DNA of 64,000 nt, from NCBI GenBank assembly GCA_964188305.1, contig OZ076889.1; one strand, 5' to 3'. The notes under the pieces were generated by a model. The model did not search any database. It was not told the origin of the DNA and was given only the letters and a program-made list of their open reading frames with translations. This DNA is from Podarcis bocagei. Its lineage: Eukaryota. Shown here piece by piece: positions 52,739 through 63,602 of the stretch (positions are counted from its first letter, which is position 1; every line of letters begins with the position of its first letter). The translations under genes were made by a program, and so were the position numbers.

Positions 52739-55565
52739 AGCCTACCTACCAACCCCTCCCAAGCCATTGCCAACCCAGTTCCCTCTCAGTTTGTCCAAAA
52801 CTCTCCCCTTGCAATGCATCCCAAGATCCCCCTGTTGCTGCCACCATTGACAATGGAAAGGAGAATGGAGAAGAGAAAGTCCACTTAGAGACTCCACAGT
52901 ATAATTCCTTGGGAGCAGCGCCATATAACTAGCTGATACAGCCCCGGAAAAGCTTATCTATAGGCTTTTTTCACCTTCCAATACTGTGATGTTTATGATT
53001 TGTTGGAATCCACCAGCAAACGTTTCCTCAAACTAGATTACTGGATGTGTGTGACTAATAATTTACTTCACTATAATGGCTCTATCTCCATCTGTAATAA
53101 ATTAAAGTCTCACTTTAATAATACCGGGCACAATCTGCTTTTAAATCCCATTGATTTCAGCGGCAGAGTTATGTATATGTTTAACTTTCTTCCATTGACG
53201 TTAATGAGATTTTAGAATTATTATGTTTAGTTGGATCAGAACTGCCCTGTTTTCATAATAATTTTATAATTATTTCTTACCTGCCCTAACAGCAATAAAA
53301 CCTGCTTTGAGGGGAACACCAATTTAGTATGTATATGGTTATGCATTTTTGCATGATTCTTAATTTATGTAGGTGGTGGAATATAACTCTGCCTCTGTGT
53401 GTTTGTGTATATGAGTGTGTGTGTGGAGGGATAAAATAAATAAATGAATGGCTAACCTGAATTTATATTAAGTAATAATATTAAGTAATATTAATTTAAA
53501 TCAAATGTGGATGAAAATTTCTTTCATTTAGATAAATTAAATGTTATCTACTCTGCACATTGATTTCACTGGGTATGTTTTGTGTGCATCAGAACACAAA
53601 GTGTGTAATATACTGTAAAAGCTGGATTTTGAGTTATCTTTTTAGCAATCCAAAATAGGGAAGTTACAGTCAGCATACTATTGAATAGGGCCGTGGTGTG
53701 TGAACCAAATGAAAACCCTCTGCTGTGTACTTTGCATTTTTAGGACTGCTCTGTGAATTTCCTCTTTAATAACCAAACACTGAAACTCTTGACTGTGTCA
53801 AATCATCTTCAGTATCTGAATAAAAATCAAGGAAACAGAATTATATTTTGTTTTGAAACATTTTGGTAGTTTGCTTTCTTCAGAGCCATAGTTCCCATGT
53901 TTAATCCTGATGGTAGCCGAAAAGACTGAAGGGTCTTTTCAAAAACAGAATAAATTTAAAGATAGCCAGGATGAAAAAAGAAGGTCAGAAAAAGTATAAA
54001 CACTGGGATAAATTTGTGACATCCAAGCTTTATTGTATTTCAAATCCGAGAACGACATAGTATAATTTTATATTCCTTGTTTGCAACATAATATCGTAAT
54101 ATCCTTTTACAGTACTTGTTTATATATAATACTTCATTCTGATATTATTGTAATTGTACATGTCAATCAGTATTATATATTTTAGACCCTAGAAGGCACT
54201 GAACTCCAGTATAGTTGGGTGTTTCTTGATGCTGCTGTTTTTGTTTTGAGGGGCAATAAATATTGTCTAGCTTCCTAGCTGTTTCCTCTAAGTGCTCCAT
54301 GCCATGGTATGGAAGGTAAAGTTTTAAATGCACCAATTTCTGACAAAGAAAATTAGCACTATTTTCTGCAGCAGACACATTCCCTTTAATAATCCTGTAA
54401 TGGCTTGATTTGAATAGAAATACCATGTCACCCACAAAACTCTGCAGTGCTTACAAATCTTTCATCTTTGCTGAAGTAGGCCTTAAACACAACTGTGAGA
54501 CTGTTCTAACCAATTTTGATGCCCATTTCATCCACAAGAGAAATGTAGTTTATGGGAGGACTTGCTTCCATCAAAGAGCTCAGAAGCCATAACCTGGATA
54601 ATCTCCTAAATCATGCAGTAGTTGTCGAAATGGCACTATGGAGAGTTGGAGAAACAGAAAGAATGTTTTGGGACATTGATCCTGTGGACTTTGTTTTAAT
54701 ACCTGACACCAAAGCATGAATCATATGGACAGCATGCAGAATCTCCATACCCTTCTCCCCCCAAAATGGAAATTAAGCTGGAAAGGATGGAGGAATGCAA
54801 TAATAGGAAGTATTGTAGTATGAACCATTGGTCCCAGATATCAAGACAACTGAGAAAATAAATACGTCTGTAGATCTGAAAAAGCATAATGATGCTGTAG
54901 TCAGGGGGGGAAACCACACATCTTATTGCAACCTTATAACATGTTGCTGTTCTGTTCTTGTTTAAGAAAAATGATAAGGTTCTTGTCTTGTTTCCTGACT
55001 AGTGTGTCCTCTAAGCCTTCCATGGCAAAAGTGGTATACAATTATATGTAAATTTAAAAACAGAACAAAACAGTGTGACCCAATAGCATGAACATCCTTT
55101 AAAAGAATAGCATACAAATAGTTAGCAACTCCTGCAGCCCAGTCATAAACACATTTACTCAGATGTAGGTCGCATGTGGGTTATTCCTAAGTAGGGGTGC
55201 ATAGGATTACAGAATTAGAATTTTAACGTGCAAGCCATTTCATCTTAAATGACAGTATAATAATACTATCTCACAACACTGAAATTTGGCACAGTGCTAG
55301 ATGAGTTGTTTATTTATTTAATCATTTTCGTTTCCTTTAGAAAAATCAAGGAAAAATTATTTGTTAATGTTTGGCAATAAAGACACTAATTCTGAAATCA
55401 CTATGTCACCAACAGTTTGGTTGAACTGAACACACATTGAAAAAATGCATTTGAATGAAACTTATTTTAGATGTTTAGATGTACAATTGTAAATACACAC
55501 ATTGTTTCGTGTACTTTAATTAGCTATAGTTTCTTAGTTGATACGGGCTTGTCGATTTTACTCTA

Positions 55566-55771
55566 CAGTGGTACCTCGGGTTACAGACGCTTCAGGTTAT
55601 AGACCCAGAAATAGTACCTTGGGTTGAGAACTTTGCTTCAGGATGAGAACAGAAATCGGGCAGCAGGAGCAGGAGGCCCCATTAGCTAAAATGGTACCTC
55701 AGGTTAAGAACAGTTTCAGGTTAAGAATGGACCTCCAGAATGAATTAAGTTCTTAACCCAAGGTACCATTG
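55566..55771 (-). mobile_element. Tigger/pogo-like MITE, family A
   Basis: TA|CAGTGGTACCTCGGGTT...AACCCAAGGTACCATTG|TA; reverse complement of the 5967-6197 type. Confidence 0.9.
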
Positions 55772-57313
55772 TATAACAAATGCATATTGACAGGAGGTGC
55801 GGGGGGGGGGGGGAATCCATATGGAGTATCAAAAGTTTCTTTATGGTAGTCTGATAATTAAAATATTCATTAGCTTAAAAGCTAGCACGCTTTTCAAAAA
55901 GTAATATGTTATCATAGTTTGACCCAAAGTCATCAGCAGTACTTCTTCTTTCATGCTGTTAATACCTCAAGGGCGGTGTTATCACTTCATAGCAATAGAA
56001 GTAAGATTTTCAATTTAATCACAGTATGGTGTTATGACCTTTTGATCTTGTGTGGAGTTCTCTCTAAAATGTGGTCAAATTTCAGACTTTTTCACTGCAC
56101 CTTGGAAATTCAAGGTGAAGTCAACTCAAGGGTTGCCACAAGCATAAGCTTCTCTCTATCAATGCCAATTAGACAGAAGGGGGATCTGTAACAAAATGCT
56201 GGTTTCAGCCAGCCATGCTTTCTTCCATGATATTATACGTTGCAGGGGGCTGAAGCAGGGCATTTCATTCCTTCTGTAGGCTCACACATACAATTTCCTG
56301 GTTTTCTCTTCCAGCTGACACTCAGCAGTCATGACTACTGAGCACTGAGCATGCTCAGATGACATTGGTCCATTTCTTTTTTGTGGGATTGCCCACTTCA
56401 GATATTTTCAATGTCCCTTGTACTTCTGGAAACCTCAAGGTTTCCCAGAGCATTGCTGATAATTCCTTCTTGTTTCTCATTGGCTCTTCTTTGGCACCAA
56501 GGTCCTGTTTTGGTACCAGAATCTATCACCATTCACCACTGGAGTTCACCACTTAAAGAGAGCAATAGATGGCTTTTCTGAGCATTTTTGGCTAACTCTC
56601 AGAAAGGCACAGGTATGGGAAGCTCTTCCACCAGCTGTCTTTCCCCCCAGTTTTCATCCTCCCCAGCTTCACACACTATCTAGGTTAAGAGAAGAAAGGA
56701 AAATAGTAGGTGTGATCCCCAGCTTTTCTGAAGTTTCGAGGTCTGCCAACCCTGGGAATTGCAGCTCTGGGAACCTGGGGCATTGGCATCAAGAAACAGA
56801 GAGGTTTCTAGGGTTTAGGAACAGGCATAGCTCTTTATTCAGGCTGAAATTCATTCAGAAGCTTCTGTGAATTAAAGCAGCTGATTAAGCCTGCACTTTC
56901 ATACAAAGGTAGTTAATAATACAAACATGAAAAGGTTAATGTCTCAACAGCAAGTTGTTAGGCTATTGAAAAATAATGACATTGCAGTATTAGGGAATCT
57001 CACATGCCCCAAACCCACACTGGATTACAAAGCCAAATTCTTTGCCTGATGGCATGGTTTTTCAAAGTTTTCTATAATTACGAATTTTGGTTTCAGATTT
57101 TGTAGAATTTATTCTACAACAAAGTTTGATTAATGAAAAACTATGTAATGTAATCTGATTACTCCATTAAAGTTCAGTGAAAATATAATACTGTATATTC
57201 TATCGGATGGAAATATAGAGAGATTGCAATATATATCATCTAAAGTCTGGAACTTGGAAATCTTATTTCCACAACCGATTCCTATAATTTTTGGTCATTT
57301 TTATGTTTTTTAG

Positions 57314-57379
57314 ATTCAAGTCAGTCTGAAAGTCCAAGCCAGCCAAGTGAAGCTGATATCAAGGACCAGCCAGAAAATG
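57314..57379 (+). CDS. NFIA: NFIA (nuclear factor I A) internal coding exon, equivalent to human exon 3; 66 bp, phase 1-1
   Basis: U-rich acceptor ...ttttatgttttttAG (AG at 57312-57313) and donor GTAAGT (57380-57385). Translation (g)AT TCA AGT CAG TCT GAA AGT CCA AGC CAG CCA AGT GAA GCT GAT ATC AAG GAC CAG CCA GAA AAT G = [23 protein letters not shown]. This matches the recalled NFIA segment just after the DNA-binding domain (human [23 protein letters not shown]). Confidence 0.95.
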
Positions 57380-57852
57380 GTAAGTATGTACCTGTTGCTG
57401 CCTTAGATTCTTTTAGTCCATATCTCTTTGGGTTTTCCCCAGGGAAAATTAGACTTGTACTGTCTCTTATCAGCAAGTGCCTCAGCTGAGCTGTGTGGAG
57501 TTGGTTGTCATTAGCAGGGTCGGCAGAGCCCAACAATCCCCACCTACTGATCACACACACACCCTTCACCGCTAGTTACCACCACCCCTCCAATATAAGA
57601 GTATTAATTTTTTTCTTGAGGAAGGGGATCAGCTGGCTGGGACATGCAAGAACTGAATGGGACATGTAAGAACTGTACTGTTCGAGTGTTGAAGATGAAC
57701 ACTCAAAAAAAAAACCCTGACTTAATCACTTGAGCAGCTCAGTTGATTTGGGGGGAAGTCAGGTGGGTGATGACACTTTGTTACTTTCCTCGCTGAGACT
57801 TAAGCATGTGCCATTTTGAACATAGCCTTTCCCGGTCAGCAGATTTGCTTTA

Positions 57853-58207
57853 AAGGTAAAGGTACCCCTGCCCGTACGGGCCAGTCTTGCCAGACTCTAG
57901 GGTTGTGCGCTCACCTCACTCTATAGGCCGGGAGCCAGCACTGTCTGCAGACACTTCTGGGTCACGTGGCCAGCGTGACAAGCTGCATCTGGCGAGCCAG
58001 CGCAGCACACGGAACGCCGTTTACCTTCCCGCTGGTAAGCGGTCCCTATTTATCTACTTGCACCCGGGGGTGCTTTCGAACTGCTAGGTTGGCAGGCGCT
58101 GGGACCGAACAACGGGAGCTCACCCCGCCGTGGGGATTTGAACCGCCAACCATGCGATCGGCAAGTCCTAGGCACTGAGGTTTTACCCACAGCGCCACCC
58201 GCGTCCC
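57853..58207 (-). mobile_element. Sauria SINE, full length, young, with a 58-bp flanking duplication
   Basis: The reverse complement starts gggacgcgggtggcgctgtggg and ends ggcccgtacgggcaggggtacctttacctt; identical 58-mers at 57795-57852 and 58212-58269. Confidence 0.95.
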
Positions 58208-59703
58208 TCAAGAGACTTAAGCATGTGCCATTTTGAACATAGCCTTTCCCGGTCAGCAGATTTGCTTTAGATCTTCATTAAGAACAGGTTCAGCATTCCT
58301 CGTATTGTGGGTAAGTAGCTTCTGCAACACAAATCAGTAAGATGCAAACTGCACCAGCTATTCCTTGAATGTGCCACAGGAGAGTAAAAGCAGCAGCAAA
58401 ACACTCGCAATATTTGAAGAGCTGGGCGCCATTTCAAGTCAAAGAGGATTGAATCCCAGGAAGTCCTTGTGCAAGCGGAATGAATCCCACTAGTGCATTG
58501 GAAACCCCCTCCCAAACCCCTCCTAAATCTGTTCTGAAGAACAGATTGGGAAGCAAGGGGAAGGAATGGAATGTTCCACTGCACAAGTGGAAATTGTTTT
58601 TCTCATGCAAGGACTCGGACAGAACGCAGGAACTCGGGTCCTTAAAAAAAAAAAAGCAAAAAGAAGTTGTTTGAAATCCTGATTTCCTATTACTTCTTTT
58701 AGATTAAAAAGCATAAACAAACAAAAGTAGAAGACAGCAATGAAAATGTATCAGGAGACATTATTTAACCCGTGTTCATCCTTGATAGATCTGTGTCACC
58801 CTGCTTCCTGGGCCCCTCTCTTATCAGAACTGTTTTTCCTCCATGGTGAATTCATGCCATTGAATGCTTTTGTCTAAACATTTTGTTAACATTGTCTTTT
58901 TTAAAAAAGAAGAAGAAGAAGAAGATAAACTTGACGATTCATAATTTCCCCCCATCAAACTGCATCAAATTAATTAGAATGTGTATGGGGACATGGTATG
59001 CCTTTCAAACTTCAGCATTTTGAAAAGAAGTCAAGCCCTCTTGAAGGAGGAGGGAGATGCTATTTATAGAACTCTGCAAAGATTAGTGCTGGGATAGTGA
59101 AATAGAAAATGACAGGAGTTCAAGTCCAGCAAAGCTCTTAATCATCATGCGTAACTGTCATTTGACAGACAGAAATTGATAGTACAAGTTTGAATCGTAA
59201 ATTTAAAAGTTGGGGTTTTTTCAAGGAATTGGCTGCTTTTATATGTAAATGCAAACAGGACAGTATACATTAGTGCAGCTGTGTACCAATGTTTACTGAA
59301 TTAATTGCTCGTTAAACAAATGTAGAGATTTTAGATTCCCCCCCCAAAAAAAAAGTTATTTAGCATCTAAATTGATACTAATTGTAATTCCAGTGCTTTC
59401 TTTGTGCTTTGAGTTGCAATTCCTTAACTGTACCTCAGTAAAGGAAAGGCACCTTGTTCTTCCTAACAGTAAAAAGTGCTAAATAATGGCATGCAGCTAC
59501 TCACGGAACTACCGTAGTTTGTTAACCCTTGTGATAATAGTATTGAATTTATAAAGGTGGCCTAAGAATTCATCCACCCACTTATTTATTTATTTAGATA
59601 GGGATGTGCATGCATGAGATTTAAGCAGGTTTAAATCAGTAAGAGGGCACTTCAAACCTTCCCATTAGAAGCAACTTTAAATTTGTTAAACTTTGGCTGA
59701 ATG

Positions 59704-59884
59704 TCAAAATAAAAAAATTCCTTCCAGTAGCACCTTAAAGACCAACTAAGTTAGTTCTTGGTATGAGCTTTCGTGTGCATGCACACTTCTTCAGATGGTA
59801 TCTGAAGGTGCTACTGGAAGGATTTTTTTTATTTTGACATTTTATTTTTACTATGGCAGACCAACACGGCTACCTATCTGTAAC
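59704..59884. mobile_element. Penelope-like element (PLE) remnant: inverted pair of terminal repeats, with a hammerhead core on the minus strand
   Basis: 36-bp inverted repeat 59701-59736 / 59805-59840 (1 mismatch); minus-strand CUGAAGA-A-GUGUGCAUGCACAC-GAAA-GCUC-AUACCA; flanking direct repeat AACTTTGGCTGAATG (59689-59703, 59882-59896). A homologous copy lies at 63448-63575. Confidence 0.75.
59759..59796 (-). ncRNA. Minimal type I hammerhead ribozyme motif (PLE-type), stem I truncated in this copy
   Basis: Core CUGANGA (59794-59788), palindromic stem II (59786-59773), GAAA (59772-59769), palindromic AGCU mini stem III and a UC cleavage site (C at 59765). The 3' strand of stem I, AUACCA, pairs over only 2 nt in cis. 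Confidence 0.6.
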
Positions 59885-60277
59885 TTTGGCTGAATGGTGA
59901 TCCAAAAAAACCTATTGGACATCAAAGACATTATGGCTGTAGATACTTTTGTGATCATGGCAAACAAAGATACTAGAAGACCATCCTGCCTTTCCTAAGA
60001 AAGTCAGGATGCAGACCATATGACTGATGGAACCCAGAAGGATATGCAAATACTTTTCAAGGTAATGTCCCAATTTTATGCCTGAGAAAGGTGTGCTGAA
60101 ACAGAGAGCTTAATCCTTTCCCCTCATACTATTTCCCCTCTAAAACCCACTCTGAAGCTGCTCTTCACTGGGAGATACATTGGAGGGACTGGCTTTGCAG
60201 CAGAAAATTAGCCCAAACAGAAAGTGTTAAATAGCTCCTTCCCACCCTCAACTTCCATTCCTGCTTTGCATTCTTAA

Positions 60278-60301
60278 GAGAGAGAGAGAGAGAGAGAGAG
60301 A
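60278..60301. repeat. (AG)n microsatellite
   Basis: Read directly. Confidence 0.9.
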
Positions 60302-61504
60302 AAGGGAGAGAGTTAGATGCAGTTGTGTATCATGTATAAATTGGCCCTAACCTTACAATAATGTCATTGCTATGCATGACTGTCTTTCCTAAGGCTGCCC
60401 CTTCATTGTAGAAGATAGATCAATATCTCAAAGAGACTTTGATGAAATCAGAGAATGACTCTCCTGGCATTTGCATGTTGAACCCAGTCTCATACTCCAT
60501 TGCCATAATTCAATTGAATGCATGTTGAAATAATAAGTAATGCAGTTAAAAAGTGGTTCGTGTCATCTTGCTAACATTCTTACAGAACCTCATCTTTATA
60601 CCCATGCTTCTGAATATGGTTCAGGAGAAGGTTTTGCTCAAAGCTGCCATATTTATCACAATATGGAAGCAAACAGTTTGGCTTATAATATCATTTAAAT
60701 TGCAGTTTGAGGACTACAAGTTCTGGAGTAGCTATTCCTTTAAGATAAATTAGTAGGAGGAAAGGGTTAATAACAAGTAAAGTAGGTAGAAAGGGTGCCC
60801 AGTCACATGACTCAGAAATAGAGCTGAATTATGGATATAGAGATTTATTCATTACAAATCTAACAGGAAACCATGGTTTCCCATTGTAAGACTTCCACTA
60901 TAAGCCTTGTGGTTGCTCGCTCCTCCTTTCCTCTTGTCCTTCATGCATGAGGAGTGGAGATTAAAAACTTTGACTCTTGGTTTTGTATAAATCAATTTCC
61001 TGCTCTTATGATTCATCTCTAACATAACCAATAGTTGGCTATCTGTTCACCTTTATTGTGGTTTCAAGTGGCTTCTCACTGATAAAGCACCAGAACTGAA
61101 TTGATAAGATAAATGTACTAGGTGAAGATCAGTTCCAACATGAACCATAAAACCACCTCTGTGCAAAGAGTATGTTCTCCCTAGATTTGCACCCTTACTG
61201 ATTCATGTCTGGTACAGAGGTCACTGGCACCCACCAATGCACTATGCCACAATCTGCTTACCATGGTAGCACTGTTCACAAGAACAGCAAACACTCTTTA
61301 CTCCATGCATAACCCAGCCATAATAAAGTGTTTCCCTTCCTTTATTGCTTCTAATCCCAAATTCTGAAGTTGTTAATCCTATTTCTAGAACTTTGAGGGA
61401 CAGGGCAGGTAACTACATAGAAAACTGTTGGAAAAACTACTAAGCAACTTTCCCCCTGCTGTATAAGTACTTTTGTATATTGGCTATTTGTGAAAATTAC
61501 CATA

Positions 61505-61736
61505 CAGTGGTACCTCGGTTTACGAACTTGATCCTTTCTGGAAGTCTGTTCTTAAACCGAAACTGTTCTTAAACCGAGGCGTGCTTTCCCATATGAGGCC
61601 TCTTGCCACTGGTGCCCTTCCACCATTTGGATTCTGTTCTTAGACCAAGCTGAAATTCTTAAAAAATTCCGGTTTTGCGGAGTTCGTAAACCAAATCGTT
61701 CATAAACAGGACTGTTCTTAAACCGAGGTACCACTG
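61505..61736 (+). mobile_element. Tigger/pogo-like MITE, family A variant
   Basis: TA|CAGTGGTACCTCGGTTTA...TAAACCGAGGTACCACTG|TA; repeated gttcttaaaccga motif. Confidence 0.9.
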
Positions 61737-62569
61737 TACTGTATATTTTTTAAAATGCAGATAGCTTGGATATGCTATTGCATATTTAGTGTGTTTTCAT
61801 ATTAAAGTCAGAAGTATGCACTTATTTGCAAAGGTCTTTTATGTTATAGTCAGTCTTATACAGTTACTCCCCCTGATCATAAATATTGTGCAGGTTTACT
61901 GGTAACATAACTCCCATTGACTTCAGCAAGACTTTCCCTGGCATAAGTGTGCACAGGATTCCAGCCATAGTCTGGCTGTTGGCATCACTGCCATTCTGCT
62001 GTAGAGCTCCTGTGCAAGTTGGCTGTCAATCCAACGTCATATGGGGGAGTCACTCAAGGTCAGTTCTCAAGACAATGTTCAGGCCAATCATGAAGGCTGC
62101 CTCACCAGTGACCTACAGGTTGCAAGAGCTGCAAATTGACAGAGCACTTTGGATGTCACAGCTGTTAACCATTAACCTCCGCAAGAAACACATTCTGATA
62201 AAAAAGAAATCATCCAAGCAAATACTGACACAAAGTACTGATAGCATAAAGCAAATGTTTGTGGCCTGACCACATGGTGCCTGAAGGACATGACATACTC
62301 ATTGCACTTTGAAGTTAGCAGTCTCTGTGAAGGAATAGGCAATGTAGCAAAAATAAGTATCTGGTTTCTCAAGACAGGAGAGGACACACACACACATGAA
62401 TATATATGTAGTCACAATCCAAGAATCACTTATTACATATCCAGTGGGACACCTCCATGCTGTTTCAGTTTGCTTCTCAACTTATTCAAAGTGCAGGTTT
62501 TGTTCAAAACCGACTGGGGTCAAGGCATTTAGAACACATATTTATTCCTTATAGCCTGTCCATCAGTTA

Positions 62570-62920
62570 AGATAATCTTCTCTAAGTGTGGCTCCTCCTT
62601 GGAAATTAGGTGAGTGACTACCAGAGAACATGATTTTTCTCGTGTGCCAAACAAACTCTGGAACTTTCCTCCTAGGCATGGCTGATGGTTGCTTCATTGC
62701 ACTGAGAGACGTGTGCTCAGTTTTCATGTTCTTTTAGAGATGACCTTTTAATTGGTTTAGTTTCTATTTTTATCTTGCTGAATGTTTATTGTGTTTATCT
62801 ATTGTAGGCTTTATTGGTGTTTTAATCCAATTTATTATTTATTATGTTTCTGATATGGATTTGGTTTGCAGGCACTTATCAAAAGACAAGGTATAAATCT
62901 TTGTAAGTGAATAAATGATG
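62570..62920 (+). mobile_element. Degenerate L2 3' fragment
   Basis: ccagagaacatgatttttctcgtgtgcc...ctctggaactttcctcct (RAFSV..P.LWN.LP-like), then a T-rich UTR and ggtataaat end. Confidence 0.5.
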
Positions 62921-63057
62921 GAAGGAAGGAGAGTTTGAGAACAGTCCTGTACCCACACAGGAAGATAGCTGGGTGTTAGGGCCATTCCAGAAGTGGGTAC
63001 CTGCAGGGGAAAATGCTGTGGGCAGGTAATAAAGAAGATTTAATCAGAAAAATTGTA

Positions 63058-63298
63058 CAGTGGTACCTCTGGTTACGAACTAAATTCGTTCTGGATGTCC
63101 GTTCTTAACCTGAAACTGTTCTTAACTAGAGGCATGCTTTCACTAATGGGGCCTCTTGCTGCGGCTGCGCTGCCGGCACATGATTTCCGTTCTCATCCTG
63201 GGGCAAAGTTCTCAACTCGAGGTAACTCTTCCAGGTTAGCAGAGTTTGTAACCTGAAGCGTTTGTAATCTGAGGCATTTGTAACTCGAGGTACCACTG
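63058..63298 (+). mobile_element. Tigger/pogo-like MITE, family A
   Basis: TA|CAGTGGTACCTC...GAGGTACCACTG|TA; colinear with 8918-9148. Confidence 0.92.
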
Positions 63299-63447
63299 TA
63301 CTTGTTCAGCAAGAATTCCAAGGAGGATAATATAAACATAAGTTATTGTTTGTTTGTTTGTTTGTTTTTGTTTTTTTACTGTGACTGTAGTTCAAAATGG
63401 TTGTGCAGATATGAAACTGAGTTCTAAATCTTTCATCATATGTAATA

Positions 63448-63575
63448 ATAAAAAAATTCCTTCCAGTAGTACCTTAAAGACCAACTAAGTTAGTTCTTGG
63501 TATGAGCTTTCGTGTGGAAGGAATTTTTTTATTTTGACTATGGCAGACCAACACGGCTACCTATCTGTAACTGGA
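63448..63575. mobile_element. Second, more deleted Penelope-like inverted remnant
   Basis: Near-identical to 59704-59884 but deleted between ...gagctttcgtg and tggaagg; 13-bp TSD ATCATATGTAATA at 63435-63447 and 63576-63588. Confidence 0.75.
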
Positions 63576-63601
63576 ATCATATGTAATATGATTCTACAGC
63601 A

Positions 63602-63602
<1 letters not shown>

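Larger units (their letters stand above)
1..57313 (+). other. NFIA: 3' portion of NFIA intron 2 (inferred)
   Basis: No upstream NFIA DNA-binding-domain exon or other host exon was recognised in the window. NFI genes have a very large intron after the DNA-binding-domain exon. Confidence 0.8.

Noticed and set aside
52505-52888. Pro/His-rich 127-aa ORF resembling a proline-rich activation domain
   Set aside because: Arises from a C-rich low-complexity tract; it does not match the recalled NFIA sequence and lacks convincing splice sites.
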